A DNA stretch of 64,000 nt, from NCBI GenBank assembly GCA_002269645.1, contig NIVC01001833.1, forward strand, positions 168,578 to 232,577, written 5' to 3'. The DNA is from Macrostomum lignano (taxonomy: Eukaryota). A program made the translations under genes and the position numbers. The notes beneath the pieces are model-generated. The model saw only the letters and a program-made list of their open reading frames with translations, did no database searches and was not told the origin of the DNA. This document shows, one piece after another, positions 51,108-64,000 of this stretch; within the stretch, counting starts at the first letter, position 1; the number at the start of each line of letters is the position of its first letter.

Positions 51108-51292
51108 ACTAGTAGCACAACCATAAATTTTTTGAGGGGGAGGGCAGATTCTGGAGGGTAAAGTCCCAGGAAGGGGGCAGAGGGGTGGCTCTGGTTTTGG
51201 CAAAAATTTGCTTGGTTCCCCCTTTGATTTTTTTGGGGTCTCTGCCTAAGATGAAAGTGCAACCACCCCACCTCTCCTGGTTGCACCACTGC
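51108..51292. mobile_element. Short MITE-like element
   Basis: Imperfect inverted ends TAGTAGCACAACCAT / CTGGTTGCACCACTG around a GC-richer core in AT-rich DNA. Confidence 0.3.
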
Positions 51293-54200
51293 ATGCAACA
51301 CTGTCAATATGGAATACAAGGAATAAAAAGAAGAATTTAAAACTTTTGCCCAAAAATGTTCTTTTCCTTAATTTTTTAGCAACTAAAAACTATTTTAAAT
51401 ATTATTTTATAATTTTCTTCTTAGTATACGTTGCAAAACTGCTAACTTTAGGTTTGTTATTCTGCATGAATAATGAATTCAAAATAAAAAAAGCATACAA
51501 CTTTGGCATTCATAGTTAAAAGCATTTTTAGTCTCAGCATGCAAACATGGTCCTGCATTTACTCCCACTGGACCTAGCATACACTAATACAGGATGCAAA
51601 CTATGGCTTGAATCATTTGATTAGGCCTAAATATATTAGCTATATACAAGGACTATTTAAAGCATATATATTAAAATTAAAAAAGATATAATAATAAAGT
51701 CAATCATGAAGTCTAGATCAAAAATAATAGTTTCAATAAAATGAAAAATTCCATTTTTCTTTATTATTTCTATCTTACTAGTCTATTAATAGGCCAAGTA
51801 TAAATAAAATTGCTATAATATCAATTTAAAAATATTATATTTTATATATTATTACACTTACTTTGGAATGAGGTTTCTAAAATCTTTCTAAAACTAAAAG
51901 TATAATTTGTATTTGTATTAAAAGTAGATTTATGCTATCAACACTAATAACAAATAGCCTATTAGTAGATATACTCAAGCTTAAGCAAATATATAATACC
52001 AAATTGATAATAAATTAAACACTATTTTATTAATCAACTTTTAGAAATTTGCAGATTGTTTTATTATGATATTAATTAGAAATTTTAGTACTACTAGACT
52101 TTATTATTTATATTACCTACCTAACTACCTTATATTACTTACCTACTTTAATGACATTGGTCTCTACTATTTATAGGTAATTTAATTCTTTATATTCAAT
52201 AAATACAATAAGGGCATTATATCTTACAATCTAAATGTTTTGTGCATCTTTGCTATGTCATTCTATACAATGATATATATATATATATATAGGCCCTACC
52301 TTTTGTTTTAAATAAGTATGATTTATAGGCTTTTACTTTATTATGAAATAGGGTTATTTTTTAGAATTGTTTTCCTAGAAAGTATTACATTTGAAATTAA
52401 ACTACTTTGTTTTAATGTGTATAATATTAGTAATATTGTGACTATTATAAATATTAGAAAATTTTATTTGTTTTAAACCATGCTGAAAAGGGGTATAAAT
52501 ATACTAGGCCTAGCTACTAGCAAGAGAAGAGGCAACTTACTATTGTACTAGCTTAAAATTTGTTCTAGTATCTTAAATTGAAGCTTGAGTAAAACTTACT
52601 AACTTAGTTATTTAGAAGCATCAAAAGCCCTAAGATTGGGAGGATTCAATCCATTCTTACAAAATGAGACATCCAGATTTAGAATCTAAGAAATTGCCTT
52701 AGAAGGCAGAAATCCTACCATAAGGTAGAGTAATCTAAACTCAGAGTCTGAGAAACCTGCCTCACCTCAGGGCAGAGTACCTAGCAAATAAGCTGTGACC
52801 CTTTGATCACAGGAATGCCTAGGAATGAGAGAATAAAAAACCTTAATGTAAGAAGCATAAGAGATATAAGAATAAGGTAGATTAGGGGTTGCAAATAGGG
52901 TGTAATTTACACCCTGAAATTTGGATTTGCACCCACTTTTTTTCATTGGATGCAACTCTTGTATCTATATTTTTTGAGATCAGGATGCACGCAAGTCATT
53001 TTTTAGCAAAAGTTACAAACAAAACATCATGCATAAATATACTGTTTTAATACTTTTTTGAATCTTCATTGAATACTTTCCCTAAATTCAGACCTAGATG
53101 CAAGTTGCATCCTAGTTTTCATATTTTTATCCATTTTTAAGCTTGAGATGCAATCTTGCATCCATATTTTTGGTAGAAAAAACCCTAGGGTAGATAGTAC
53201 CATAAGACTGCTCAGGCCAAAAGTATAATATATATACATATGCTACCAGTAGATAAATACATACGCTACTAGTAGATATATACACTGCTAGAAGTACAAC
53301 ATCTATAAAAGTACAAGTATTATAGCACTATTAGAACTTTGGTGTCAGCAGCAAAATAAATTAGATAGAGAGCAATCAGCACTGTTACGAATTTGATAGC
53401 AGCTTAAGGATATTTAGAGTAAGAAGTAGAAAAAGTAGCCCTAGCACAATTAAAATATGATACTATAAAATTAAAAAAACATATCAATATAACAAATGTA
53501 ATATAACATCTATAGTTTCCTAGAAAGGCAAACTAGAATACCAAAGTAGCAATAATCCAAGAAATAAAAAGCATAGATAACTTTACTTTTGCTTGATATT
53601 TTGTATTTTAATTTCTTTGTCATTATCAAGAATATTAGGCCCTATTTAGGCTTGCATTAAATTGCATTTTTTATCCTACCATTATATATAACTTTATAAA
53701 AAGTGACAAATTCTACTGAATACTAACTAAAATATACACTGACTAAGTAAAAAGTTGACCATCTCATGATCTCACTCATTGAAGAAGTATGTTTATTTCT
53801 CAAGTGCAATTCAAGGATCAACATTGAAACCTAATCCTTGACATTGTCACCTAGCCTATTTTTTGTTTTATTGTGACAAAGCCAATTTTAAAATAATGTC
53901 AAAATGATATTTTCTTTTTCTATTATATGACATGTTCGGATGAACTTTAACTGTTTTTTATATATGATATAAGTTCTTGTTAGGCCTAGTTACGATATTT
54001 TTTTTATTTACCTACTAAAATAAGTGGCCCGGGGAAGCAGCCTGTGGCCAATTCAGGTCAATAAACGCGCTCGATATATATAATGTGAAAAATTTTACAT
54101 TGCAAGTTTAATAGAAACTAAATTTTCTGAAATCAGTTCTACTAACTTACGTTAATTACTGACTGCTTATTAGTAGCCCATAGCTTCTTACGCAGCTGTA

Positions 54201-54399
54201 AGAAGTCCGTGACGACTGCGAATACGAATATACTTTCAAAATGTTTAAGCTGCTTTTTGACACTATACTAGGTATTATTTGCTAAAAAATATTTTTGCAG
54301 TAAAAATATTTTTAACAGCCACTTTGGCTTGTAAAATTATTGTAGCTACGCAAACAATTTAGACCTTTTTTTGTTAAGCTAACGCTTTTAAAGCCGAGG

Positions 54400-54947
54400 T
54401 GTTATATAGAGCACTTCCATTTTTTCTGCCCCACATAGTGACCTGTTATGGCGACGCTGGTAGCCTAAAGGCGGGCGGCGCGATCCCGGAGCTCCCGGCC
54501 TTTCTTGCTCACCCGCCTGGGCCTCAGTTCCAAGCAGCGAATGGATGTGACTCGGGACACTGGCCCATAGGACTTGTGTAGGGGTGTTGACAGTTGTAAC
54601 AGTTAGTTAGCTTTATAGCTTCCCAATGAGTGAACCCGCATGTAATCCGGACTTCTAGATCCGGGGTCCCATTTTGCTTGTTGCACTTGGCCTGTGAGGC
54701 CCAGGGGGAAACTTTTCAGGTCAGGCCAGTCTGGGCGTCTTATCCAGGTCGACGTCGCTCACCCCTTTTTCGAGCGAAACCAGCTTGTTTTTTGGTCGCA
54801 TTTTGCAGGGTGGCTTTCCCACCGGTGTAGCTTATTGCACGTTGCTGCATTTGTTCTTTTAAATAAAGCGTGCGCCGCTTCGCTCTGTTTCTTTATTTGA
54901 ACGGCCAGGGAGAGTGTAGTGGCCGCTAGTTTAGTTTAGGCGTCACA
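54400..54947 (+). mobile_element. LTR-like segment (possible solo LTR)
   Basis: GC-richer block with AATAAA near its 3' end and terminal ...GTCACA matching TGTGAC at 54546. No TSD found. Confidence 0.25.
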
Positions 54948-55219
54948 CTATAGTGTCAGCAGTCCCTCGCCGTCGCCATGGGCTGCCGTCTGCCGCTGGA
55001 CTTAGCCGACTCCACACCAACCATTGCATTAGGTCGACGACTGCGAGGAATCTGGTCGATAGTGGACAGTCAAAAGAAGAAATCAAGGCTATGACAGATA
55101 CGTGGATCGCTTCGTATAAAAGTATAATTGTACAGAAAACGGTCAACGGCGACAAGACGATCCGGCGACAGTCAAAGCGGCGACAAGGTGTACATATATG
55201 CAGTACTCGAGTAAAGCGC

Positions 55220-55631
55220 TAGTGAGTACAACAATCTGGATGCTCTTTTCGATAATGTACATGACACATTGCTACGGAGCGCTGTTTGGCAGGTGTCCGA
55301 CCTTAGCGTCTACTAGCAGGCAATGCGCACAAACAATGACACTGCCGAGGGCTGGCATCGATGGCTCAATCGTCGTGCGCAACGCGGATGCCTGCAATTT
55401 TACCTACTTGTAAAGTTGCTGCATGACGAAAGACGTGTCTGTGAAATGGAAGCGTCGAGGCTGGTTCGCCAGCAGGGCGTACAGCGTCGAAGGCAGCAGC
55501 GCAGCGCTTACCAACGCGTACAGAAGCTGTGCTTCCGTCTGTGGACGGAGTACGCATGCGGCGAGCGCTCGGCGTTGCAGCTGCTGCAAGCGTGCAGCAA
55601 GCTCAACGGGCCTGCAAATGGTCTGAGATGA
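55220..55631 (+). pseudogene. Decayed MULE (Mutator-like) transposase C-terminal fragment
   Basis: LFDNVHDTLLRSAVWQVSDLSVY*QAMRTNNDTAEGWHRWLN...FYLLVKLLHDE...Y...LW..Y..G..S..QLL.A.S follows the MULE RTNNxxEGWH motif; in-frame stop. Confidence 0.75.
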
Positions 55632-57333
55632 GTGATTGGGCTGCTTTTACTGCGCTACAATTATTAGTACTTTTTTAAATAGTGCACTTCTTATCAAATT
55701 CGATATCGCGGGCTTTGTGACAAAAAGACATTTCTCTTTTCTTGATTCGTTGAGTTGTGGGCCACCCCTAATGTACACAGCTGCTCAACTAAAATGTACT
55801 TGACTGTGTCCATTGGTACACTGTACGCACATGTGTAAAAATAGGTGCAGTCAACAAATGCCTAGGGCGCACAGATAAAAAACAACTTAGTTCGTTTTGT
55901 TTGTATCTACATGTATTGTCGGGTAGATACAAACAAATTTCGCCGGATTGACTGTAAGCCTACATGTACATGCATTCGCATAGCTAGCTACTGTTTTTTG
56001 TCCCATTACCGTAATTAATATAAAAGTTAACGTAATAAATTGTTTTAAGCCATACATCGCATCAAGGATTCCGACAGCCAGCAGACCAAACGCATCTCTC
56101 TGAAAAGATAAAAGACAATATTTCTAATAGTCTCCCAGCCGTCCTACAGGACTCCAAGACTCATTTTAATTCGAAGAAAATCGAGTTCAGCATCCTTTAA
56201 CTACAGCTTAATGAGTTATATCCTAAGGCAAGATATCCAGAAATTGAAATTCCACTGAAAGACTCTATACATGGTTTACTTTTTATGGAAACATTAATGC
56301 TTACAGGGTCCACCCTTTCGATTAATTAAAAAATCTAATGCAAGTACAAGAAGCTACATGTAAATCAAGAATATTGATCTATCTATAAAAATTCTAGAAA
56401 ATTCTATTGAACTAATTTCTAATTAGTTTAATTAAGCTTAAAACTGGCATGCAAGTCCAATACAGCATCGACTTTGAAGCTTGACTCTGCACTGCTTACA
56501 CAAATTGTAATTAATTTGCATGTCATGCAAGTCAAAGTGGCCGCGCACACTGAAGCGGCTTCAAATTTAATCAATTTCGGTCGATTTCGCGCTCGACAAG
56601 GCGGCAAACGAGACAAAATTACGTGTATTGGGCTTCTATATGTGGTGCAAAGTGGGATTGAGAGAAGAGAATCCAGTGCTGCTTAAAAAGCAGCAGGGCG
56701 GCATAAAAACACGCCACAGAGACTGCATGCTGTGGTGAAAAGAACTTCAACTTTCATCAGCAGCAAACAGTAAGATTGGCTCGTAAAGCTCACTGCATGG
56801 CATGTTGCAAAGCAGAAAATCCAATATGGTACGCGGGCATTCTATACTGTTCTGCTACATCCCCACCGAGTTAATTAGACTAGAGGAAGAACCATCGGGC
56901 ACAGGGACCTTATATATATTCAATACGTGCATACAGCTGCAGGCATACGCTCGGCTGGCCCAGTGTTGGGTTCCGTAATTGAAATACGTATAGCGGCAGC
57001 GAGGAATCTTTGATACACCGCGCGCAGTTGTTAAGACGCCTCGCTCGCGAATTAGACTGGCGACCAAATTCATCAGCGGGTCAATAAAGACGGAGCCGCG
57101 CGCACACGCATAGCTATATGCAGCGGTTGGATAAGCTAGCTGACCAGAATTTTAAAATCAAGCAGAAAAGGGGCCGAGACGGCGAGATAAGAGAGCTGGA
57201 AGAGGATGGGGGTGCATTAGCCAATGGCAAGCGATGACGGGATTTTTTGTTAAAAACAAGCTTTCATGGGCATAAATTGGCACCCAGCTCTCTCTTCAAC
57301 AAGATTTCTCTCCTATCGCCCTTTTCCGAAAGA

Positions 57334-60300
57334 ATGTCACCAAATACAAAGATTTTGCTTCTGCTTCTTGTTTTAGCATTCGGTATTTGCTGTAGCAAAA
57401 AGCAAAAATCTTGGCCGACAACAACGGATGCGCACCTGCAGTACCTGTTCGACCTGTTGCCAAGGCTCAGCCATGGCTCAGACTCGATGTCGAGATTAGG
57501 CAACGACAGCATAAGGGCGGTGCGAGCTGAGCTGAGTGAGTATCATTTAATGAAATTTCCCATGCTTTTTGATGTCTCATCATAACAAAACCATGATCTT
57601 GAAAAGCGTTTCAACTGCATTTTGAGGAGAGAGAGAGTATAAACATGTAGGTAAGTTTTAGAGAGTAAAAATACAGAGTGGATGGTGGTCTCCGTGCTTT
57701 GATTGCCTGAAAGTTAGGCCTTGGCTTGTCAATTGATTGCGCATAAAATAAGATTATATAAAGAAGGGCCGCACCGGCGCCGAAGGCTCTTCTGCAAAGA
57801 CGTAGGCGCTTGATTGAATTGATAGATAGATTGTATTAAAACGAACAAGAGGCCCATGACCTTTTGGAGAATAAAGGGGAGAGAAGACAGACGAGCAGTC
57901 AGTCAAGCAGAGAAAGCCAGAGACAATAAACATAAAGAAAGACAGACAAGCGTAGACAGACAGCTTAGAAGCGGACACCAGTTCGCACACATCAACAGAT
58001 TTTAAGGAGTAATTGAAGCTCATTAACCTCAACACGGCTACAAGAGACAACATGAATTGAAATACTTGTATTCTAAACTTAATTTTAGCATTTTAGTAAA
58101 TACTCTGTCTAATCTATCAGGCAGACAAACCAATAAATAAATCAAAGAGCAAAGGAAGAAGAGGGGAATAAAGGAAATTTTATAAACTAACCAACCTGAT
58201 TTCCGTAGAGGCGCGGGTCTGACAGGGTCTGATCTGGGGCGCTCTACATTGCCCTAATGAGCAGTTTCAGATTCCCTATAGCATTAGCTAATACAGATGA
58301 AGTGGCTTTCCACATGTTATCAGCCAGTCCTAACTGCCTGACAAGGCAGCAGCTGCATACATAGCATCTTCATCAGCGGCCACTTGTGTTGGACAAGACT
58401 CGTCTGCTCTGGGCATAAGATTATTGACCCCCCTCCCCCAATGGGCAACGCTATATTTCAATGTCTCAACTTCTCTGGGAACTGATTTAATTTTCAATTG
58501 AAGCATGCATTGCGTCCGAGGTAGATTCAAAAGTTATTCTATGGCTCGCAATTAACACAGTTATGTTTGCAAAACTGAATTTGCGACGATTGCAGGGGCC
58601 GATTTCATAAAAAGAAGCTAGCCATAAGCCGTAAGCTGCTGCTTGTTAAGCTGCAACTTTCAGCAGTTGTTAAAAAAAGCGTTTTATAAACGATTGCTAA
58701 AAATCCGTGCTAAAACCAAGGACAACTTGATAACTCAGGACCGGAAACGAGCCAATTCATGGCGAAAAAAGTATGAGGCTCGTTTAAAAGCATTGTTCAT
58801 CCGTATGCGCATGCTTTCAGTTGCCAATGTATACTCGTATCATATTTGACTTTTTGATAGGCAGTCAGAAGGCGGCTGCAGGGTCGGTTTTCTTAAATGT
58901 TGAATAGTTTTATTGCATGTTACGCAGCATCCCCAGAGCATTGCTTCAGGGAAGTAAAACTTGCCAACGACAGCAAACAATTTCCGCACTCGCAAAGCAC
59001 ATGACGGTGATCGCAGCGAAATGAAGCATCCGAAACAGAGGCAAGCAAAATTGAACAGCCACTTACCAAGAAGAAAAATCGGTATCAGCCTTAGAACAAA
59101 TGGCTTACCGCCGAACAATGGCTTCAACATTATTGCGAGCACTGTTCGAGCAGTTTTGTTATGATTGTCTGACGCTTGGCCGAGCAGATGTTGGCACCGA
59201 TAGCGAATCGATGGCTGGACATACATTTCATCGGAAATCAACACACAAGACTTCTGCTGCGGTTTCAGTTTGGCAAATGTGACCTTTACGAACTCGTGTG
59301 CATCCTTTTCAGTGCCAATCTCTCCTAGACCAGCCAACTGAGTGCCTAATGTGCGTTGGTGGGGCAAAGGAAGGAGCGTCTGTGCATGCGCGTATGCAGA
59401 ACTGCTAATCAGGTAAAGCAATGCAGATTCGCGCATAGTGGCAATGTCGTATCGTCGATTGTGTTGGGTGCGTTGTGGCGAGCTCGAGTAGCTTCAGGAT
59501 GAATGTAACCGATGTGTCCGGTACAACTCCATCGTGGTTAAAGGCAATAGAAAGGTTCTTAGATAATGCCCTCACCTCACTTTCGACGTCCACTGTAGAG
59601 TTTTTACAACGATTTATGATAGCTTCAAGTTGCGACCAATACTTTAATGTTGGTTGAAATCCAAGCAGATCTCGAACCGCAACTGGTGAGTGTAACCGAA
59701 AGCATCGCACGGAATAGTTTGGTGAAACGAAAACTCGCAGAACCATTTCGGCATTGGTGCTTAACCAGAAGATAAACACCTCCTCTTGAACAATGGTAAC
59801 GATAAGCTGATGTGCTTTGATGACGTCTAAACAGTGAATGGATGCTCGGAATTCAGTCCACGATGGCAGCGTGTCACGCTCTTCGAAATTCTACTAGTTC
59901 ATCTTGGAAAAGGCATCGTTCGGACAACAGCACGCCCCTTCCCTCAGCCTGTCGACTGGCACGCACTGCAATATCCAAGCACGCATCTTAGTGTTTTGTT
60001 TCGACCCTATTTGATGGAGTGCAAATACGCTCGAATACGCTCGGCAGGACTGCAGGACTCCGTCGAAAACTGATGGTGGATGTAGCGGCCTTTCATTTCT
60101 TCCCTTTTTTATCATTGGTGCATCTTGAGGCCAGTGCTTAGCACACACGCCCATGTAGTCTGTCACGGTCTAAACAACAACAAAATTGTTAATGAATTCA
60201 TGTGGCCAGGCTAAATCTGATTCACAAAGCACATTTGAAGAAAGTCTTACCGTCAGTTGATTAGGCAGTGACAGTCGCCAAGCCTCTCGTTCAGTTGCAT

Positions 60301-63300
60301 CTTTAGAAACGAAAGTCTTACCGTCAGTTGATTAGGCAGAGACAGTCGCCAAGCCTCTCGTTCAGTTGCATCTTTAGGAAACGAAAATACTGCAACATTC
60401 CGATCACGGTTGCTATTTTAGTTTGCACAACAGAAAATGACGCTGAATTTTCTCGGCATGATATTTAGTTTTAGCAAGAATAAAAGTTCTCTCTCTCAAA
60501 TGCAAGTGCATGCGAAGAACTCAATTTTCAGCTCAGATTTCTTCGCTTTTGTAGCTTTGGATGGGCATAGAACAATGCTTTTAAACGAGCCTCTTACTTT
60601 TTTCGCCATGAATTGGCTCGTTTCCGGTCCTGAGATATCAAGTTGTCCTTGGCGAAAACACTATCATGTCCCTGCTGCCTCAACAGCTTTTACCATAGAC
60701 ATCAAGCTGTGGCTTGATAGCTATGCGTTTATGAAACCCAGTCATGGAAAAGCAGTCAAAGCCGCAGCTAAAAGCCGTTAGCTGTATTTGCAGTTAGCAG
60801 TTTTTTGCCATAGAAAAGACTCAGACGATATAACTTTGCCTGCTAGCTGGTGGCATTTCTAAAAGAATATAAGATCGATTGTTTGTGAATCAACTTCGGA
60901 CAGAACGCATGCTTGGTCGATTTGTAACTCGGCAAGTTAAGAAGGTGAGTGCTGAAAAACAAGAAAATTATCATCTCGCTGTTACACTTTGCAGAGATCT
61001 CCTTTAGCTGTTCATGTGTAGGCAGTATAGAGGAAACCTCTCTGACCACTACAATTGTTGCGCAATGCAACTGAACCATAACAGCCACGTTAAAGCAGAC
61101 GTGCTTTTGAAAGGTAATCAGCCTAATGCTAATTTGTTATATCTTTGTTGGTATCTATACCCCTTTGCTGCATAAGCGAGACTGTAGGAATGCAAAAACT
61201 TGTTCGTTCAAGCTAGCAAAATTTATGCCCACCAATTGACGCTGGCCTGTCAAAGAACCGAGCCATTCGTTTAAACAACTGTCTGCTGAAGCATGGCTTA
61301 AATAAGCTGACCGAGTTTGTTAGTTTAGTTTAAGCATTGCAAGTGTCGTCACCCTCCCAATTCTTCTTGCGCATAAGCATAGCGCAAAGCTTAGTCAGTT
61401 AGTTGTAAGGGGATTTTGTCCCAGACGAAAAAATCAAGGCGAAAGTCGACCGAAAGGAGACAAGCAGTCGTGCATGCTGATTTCGCTGACAACTGAGCGC
61501 GTACATGCTCACATATGGAGTACAGCGGTCCTGAGTTTCTCATCGTCAGGCAGTGTACACACTGCACTCTTGGGTGTTGGTTGGGCCTCGTGGGTGTAAA
61601 TCGCAGCCCCAAATCAATGTGGGCTCCGCGCAAGGAACCGAACCTGGTACTTTGGCACAAGTGATTTGCTTTTTAGATAGATGGAATTTTTATCATACAT
61701 TTTAGCCATTATCCTCAATTGAGATTCGTGCCTGAAAAGAGGGGATAATTAGTAGTCATCTATTTATTTGAATGCAAGTAGTGGACCAGAAGTTCTACCC
61801 TGGAGCAGGGGAGTTGCTCCTACACTGGGGAGTTGCCTCCTAGACAGGGGGTTGCTACCTGAACTGGGGAGTTGCTACCTGGACTGGGGAGTTGCTACCT
61901 GGACTGGGGAGTTGCCTTCTAGACTGGGAGTTGCATCCTGACTGGGAGAGTTGCATCCTGGACTGGGAGAGTTGCATCCTGGACTGGGAGAGTTGCATCC
62001 TGGACTGGAGTGTTGCATCCTGGACTGGGAGAGTTGCATCCTGGACTGGGGGTGTTGCATCCTGGACTGGGAGAGTTGCATCCTGGACTGGGAGAGTTGC
62101 ATCCTCGACTGGAAGAGTTGCATCCTGGACTGGAGCACCAGGACTGGGAGTTGCACCCTGGAGCGGGGGAGTTGCATCCTAGACTGGGAGAGTTGCATCC
62201 TGGACTGGGAGAGTTGCATCCTGAACTTGAGAAGTTGCCTTTTTAGACTCGGGAGTTGCATCCTGAATTGGGAGAGTTGCATCGTGGACTGGAGGGTGGT
62301 ATCCTGAACTTGGGGAGTTGCCTTCTAGACTGGGAGAGTTGCATCCTGAACTGGGAGGGTTGTATCCTGAACTGGGGGTTGCCTTCTAGACTGGGAGTTG
62401 CATCCTGAACTGGGAGAGTTGCATCCTGGACTGGGAGAGTTGCATCCTGGACTGGGAGAGTTGCATCCTGGACTGGGAGAGTTGCGTCCTGGACTGGGAG
62501 AGTTGCATCCTGGACTGGGGGAGTTGCATCCTGGACTGGAGAGTTGCATCCTGGACTGGGAGTTGCATCCTGGACTGGAGAGAGTTGCATCCTGGACTGG
62601 AGAGTTGCATCCTGGACTGGGAGTTGCATCCTGGACTGGATGAGTTGCATCCTGGACTGGGAGAGTTGCATCCTGGACTGGGAGTTGCATCCTGGACTGG
62701 GAGAGTTGCATCCTAGACTGGAGAGTTGCATCCTGGACTGGGGGAGTTGCATCCTGGACTGGAGAGTTGCATCCTGGACTGGGAGTTGCATCCTGGACTG
62801 GGAGAGTTGCATCTCGACTGGGAGTTGCATCCTAGACTGGGAGAGTTGCATCCTGGACTGGGAGAGTTGCATCCTGGACTGGGAGAGTTGCATCCTGGAC
62901 TGGGAGAGTTGCATCCTGGACTGGAGAGTTGCATCCTGGACTGGAAGTTGCATCCTAGACTGGGAGAGTTGCATCCTGGACTGGGAGAGTTGCATCCTGG
63001 ACTGGGAGAGTTGCATCCTCGACTGGGAGTTGCATCCTAGACTGGGAGAGTTGCATCCTGGACTGGAGAGTTGCATCCTGGACTGGGAGAGTTGCATCCT
63101 GGACTGGGAGAGTTGCATCCTGGACTGGGAGAGTTGCATCCTGGACTGGAAGTTGCATCTAGACTGGGAGAGTTGCATCCTGGACTGGGAGAGTTGCATC
63201 CTGGACTGGGAGTTGCATCCTGGACTGGGAGTTGCATCCTAGACTGGGAGAGTTGCATCCTGGACTGGGAGAGTTGCATCCTGGACTGGGTGTTGCATCC

Positions 63301-64000
63301 TGGACTGGAGAGCACCCAGGACTGGGAGCTGCACCTGGAGCGGGGGAGTTGCCGCTAGACTGATAATTTGAAAGGATAGCATTAAAAGATCAACGCTTAG
63401 CACGGCAATTTACAAAGAAACACATGTTACAAATATTTCCATCCAGGCCGAATTAACACTAGACTGTGGCTTCAGTTCAACGCCACCCAGGCCCAGTTAC
63501 TACCGTCGCTAACGTCGTCAAACGGCGATTTAAACCGACTGGTGAAAGCGCGAGCTGCACTTCTTTCTAAAGCCACGCTCGCAACTTGGTCACGGGGACA
63601 GAAAGGGGTGTATCAGCTTCTACAGTCAGCGGGGTCATGCACCGAGTTGTTATCGTTGATCGGTCACGTCGCAAACGCCGTCATCGAAAGCGCCGTCGCC
63701 GCCGACGCCGCCGTCGTACGGCGACATGGTCGAATCGATCAAAGAAGACCAATTCGCCCGCGCCCCGCCTCCGTCTGCTTGGTCGATTCTCTGTAGTGCA
63801 AAATTTTAAGCATAGACGACACAGAAAGCGCCAAATTTCGCGACGCTTGGCAGAGAGTGGAAATCACGCAGACTCTTCTTCGGCACTTGAAATCCGCGGC
63901 AAGGCGTCGAAAACGAGGGCATTCATCGGAGCAGTTCTTGTTGACGCTGAGCTTTGAAAAACGAAAATCGAATGGCAAAGTGAGAGGTGTCTCGCTACAA
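57334..64000 (+). CDS. Probable secreted TGF-beta-family ligand, prodomain portion (partial, runs off window)
   Basis: Exon 57334..57535 (signal peptide MSPNTKILLLLLVLAFGICCS; YLFDL...SIRAVRAEL; GTGAGT donor, phase 1). Phase-1 acceptor at 63573 gives ...KGVYQLLQS...; after 63797 ...DAWQRVEITQTLLRHL...RRRKR...FLLTLSF. Motifs resemble BMP/activin prodomain (FDL..AEL..VYQVL..WxxFDIT). In-frame TAG at 63794 requires an 81-nt intron (63716-63796) or a lesion. No mature cystine knot is visible in the window. Confidence 0.45.
58593..60746 (-). mobile_element. Decayed THAP-domain P-element/THAP9-like transposon bounded by inverted repeats
   Basis: Exon 60459-60322 MPRK(F)SV..CCAN*...VFSFPKD...EREAW...PN plus exon from 60169 VTDYMGVCAKHW...PPSVF give a THAP-like domain. 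59436-59060 LPLPHQRTL...CVLISDEMYVQPSIRY...ARTVLAIMLKPLFGGKPFVLRLIP gives the P/THAP9 core with the first catalytic D. Stops and frameshifts present. 83-bp inverted repeat 58716-58798/60570-60652 (2 mismatches). Confidence 0.8.
61795..63360. repeat. 19-21-bp minisatellite (GGGAGAGTTGCATCCTGGACT)
   Basis: Visible, about 75 units with length variants. Confidence 0.96.

Noticed and set aside
57646-58052. Solo LTR (TATA and AATAAA, TG...CA ends)
   Set aside because: No target-site duplication for any tested boundary.
61875-63358. Multiple repeat-protein ORFs (up to 318 aa)
   Set aside because: Translations of the 19-21-bp minisatellite with frequent frame changes.

Overview
Eukaryotic (animal, invertebrate-like) genomic DNA, extremely rich in tandem repeats. 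Style is compatible with a Macrostomum-type flatworm (GC-rich exons, a minisatellite in almost every intron, TTAGGG-like repeats), but the species cannot be determined from sequence alone. Contents in order: (1) an 8-kb 40-bp satellite and further arrays up to about 17.7 kb, with a GC-rich regulatory-looking island at 8.4-9.7 kb; (2) a large inverted duplication (about 18.4-22.4 kb vs 26.9-32.06 kb) carrying two convergent 4-exon genes for secreted proteins: signal peptide + PAN/apple-like module + optional PTTT mucin stalk + ALK/LTK-type glycine-rich domain. Their N-termini are about 99% identical while inter-glycine loops diverge; (3) an unrecognised 4-exon 154-aa gene in the spacer; (4) a minus-strand SLC4 bicarbonate transporter gene (SLC4A7/8/10/Ndae1 type, about 1219 aa, 14 modelled exons) with a tRNA-head CORE-type SINE and telomere-like repeats in its introns; (5) decayed MULE and THAP/P-element transposase remnants; (6) a probable TGF-beta-family prodomain gene running off the right end. 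Gene models were hand-spliced from GT/AG signals and phase consistency; no database searches were run. Most ORFs in the supplied track are repeat artefacts.
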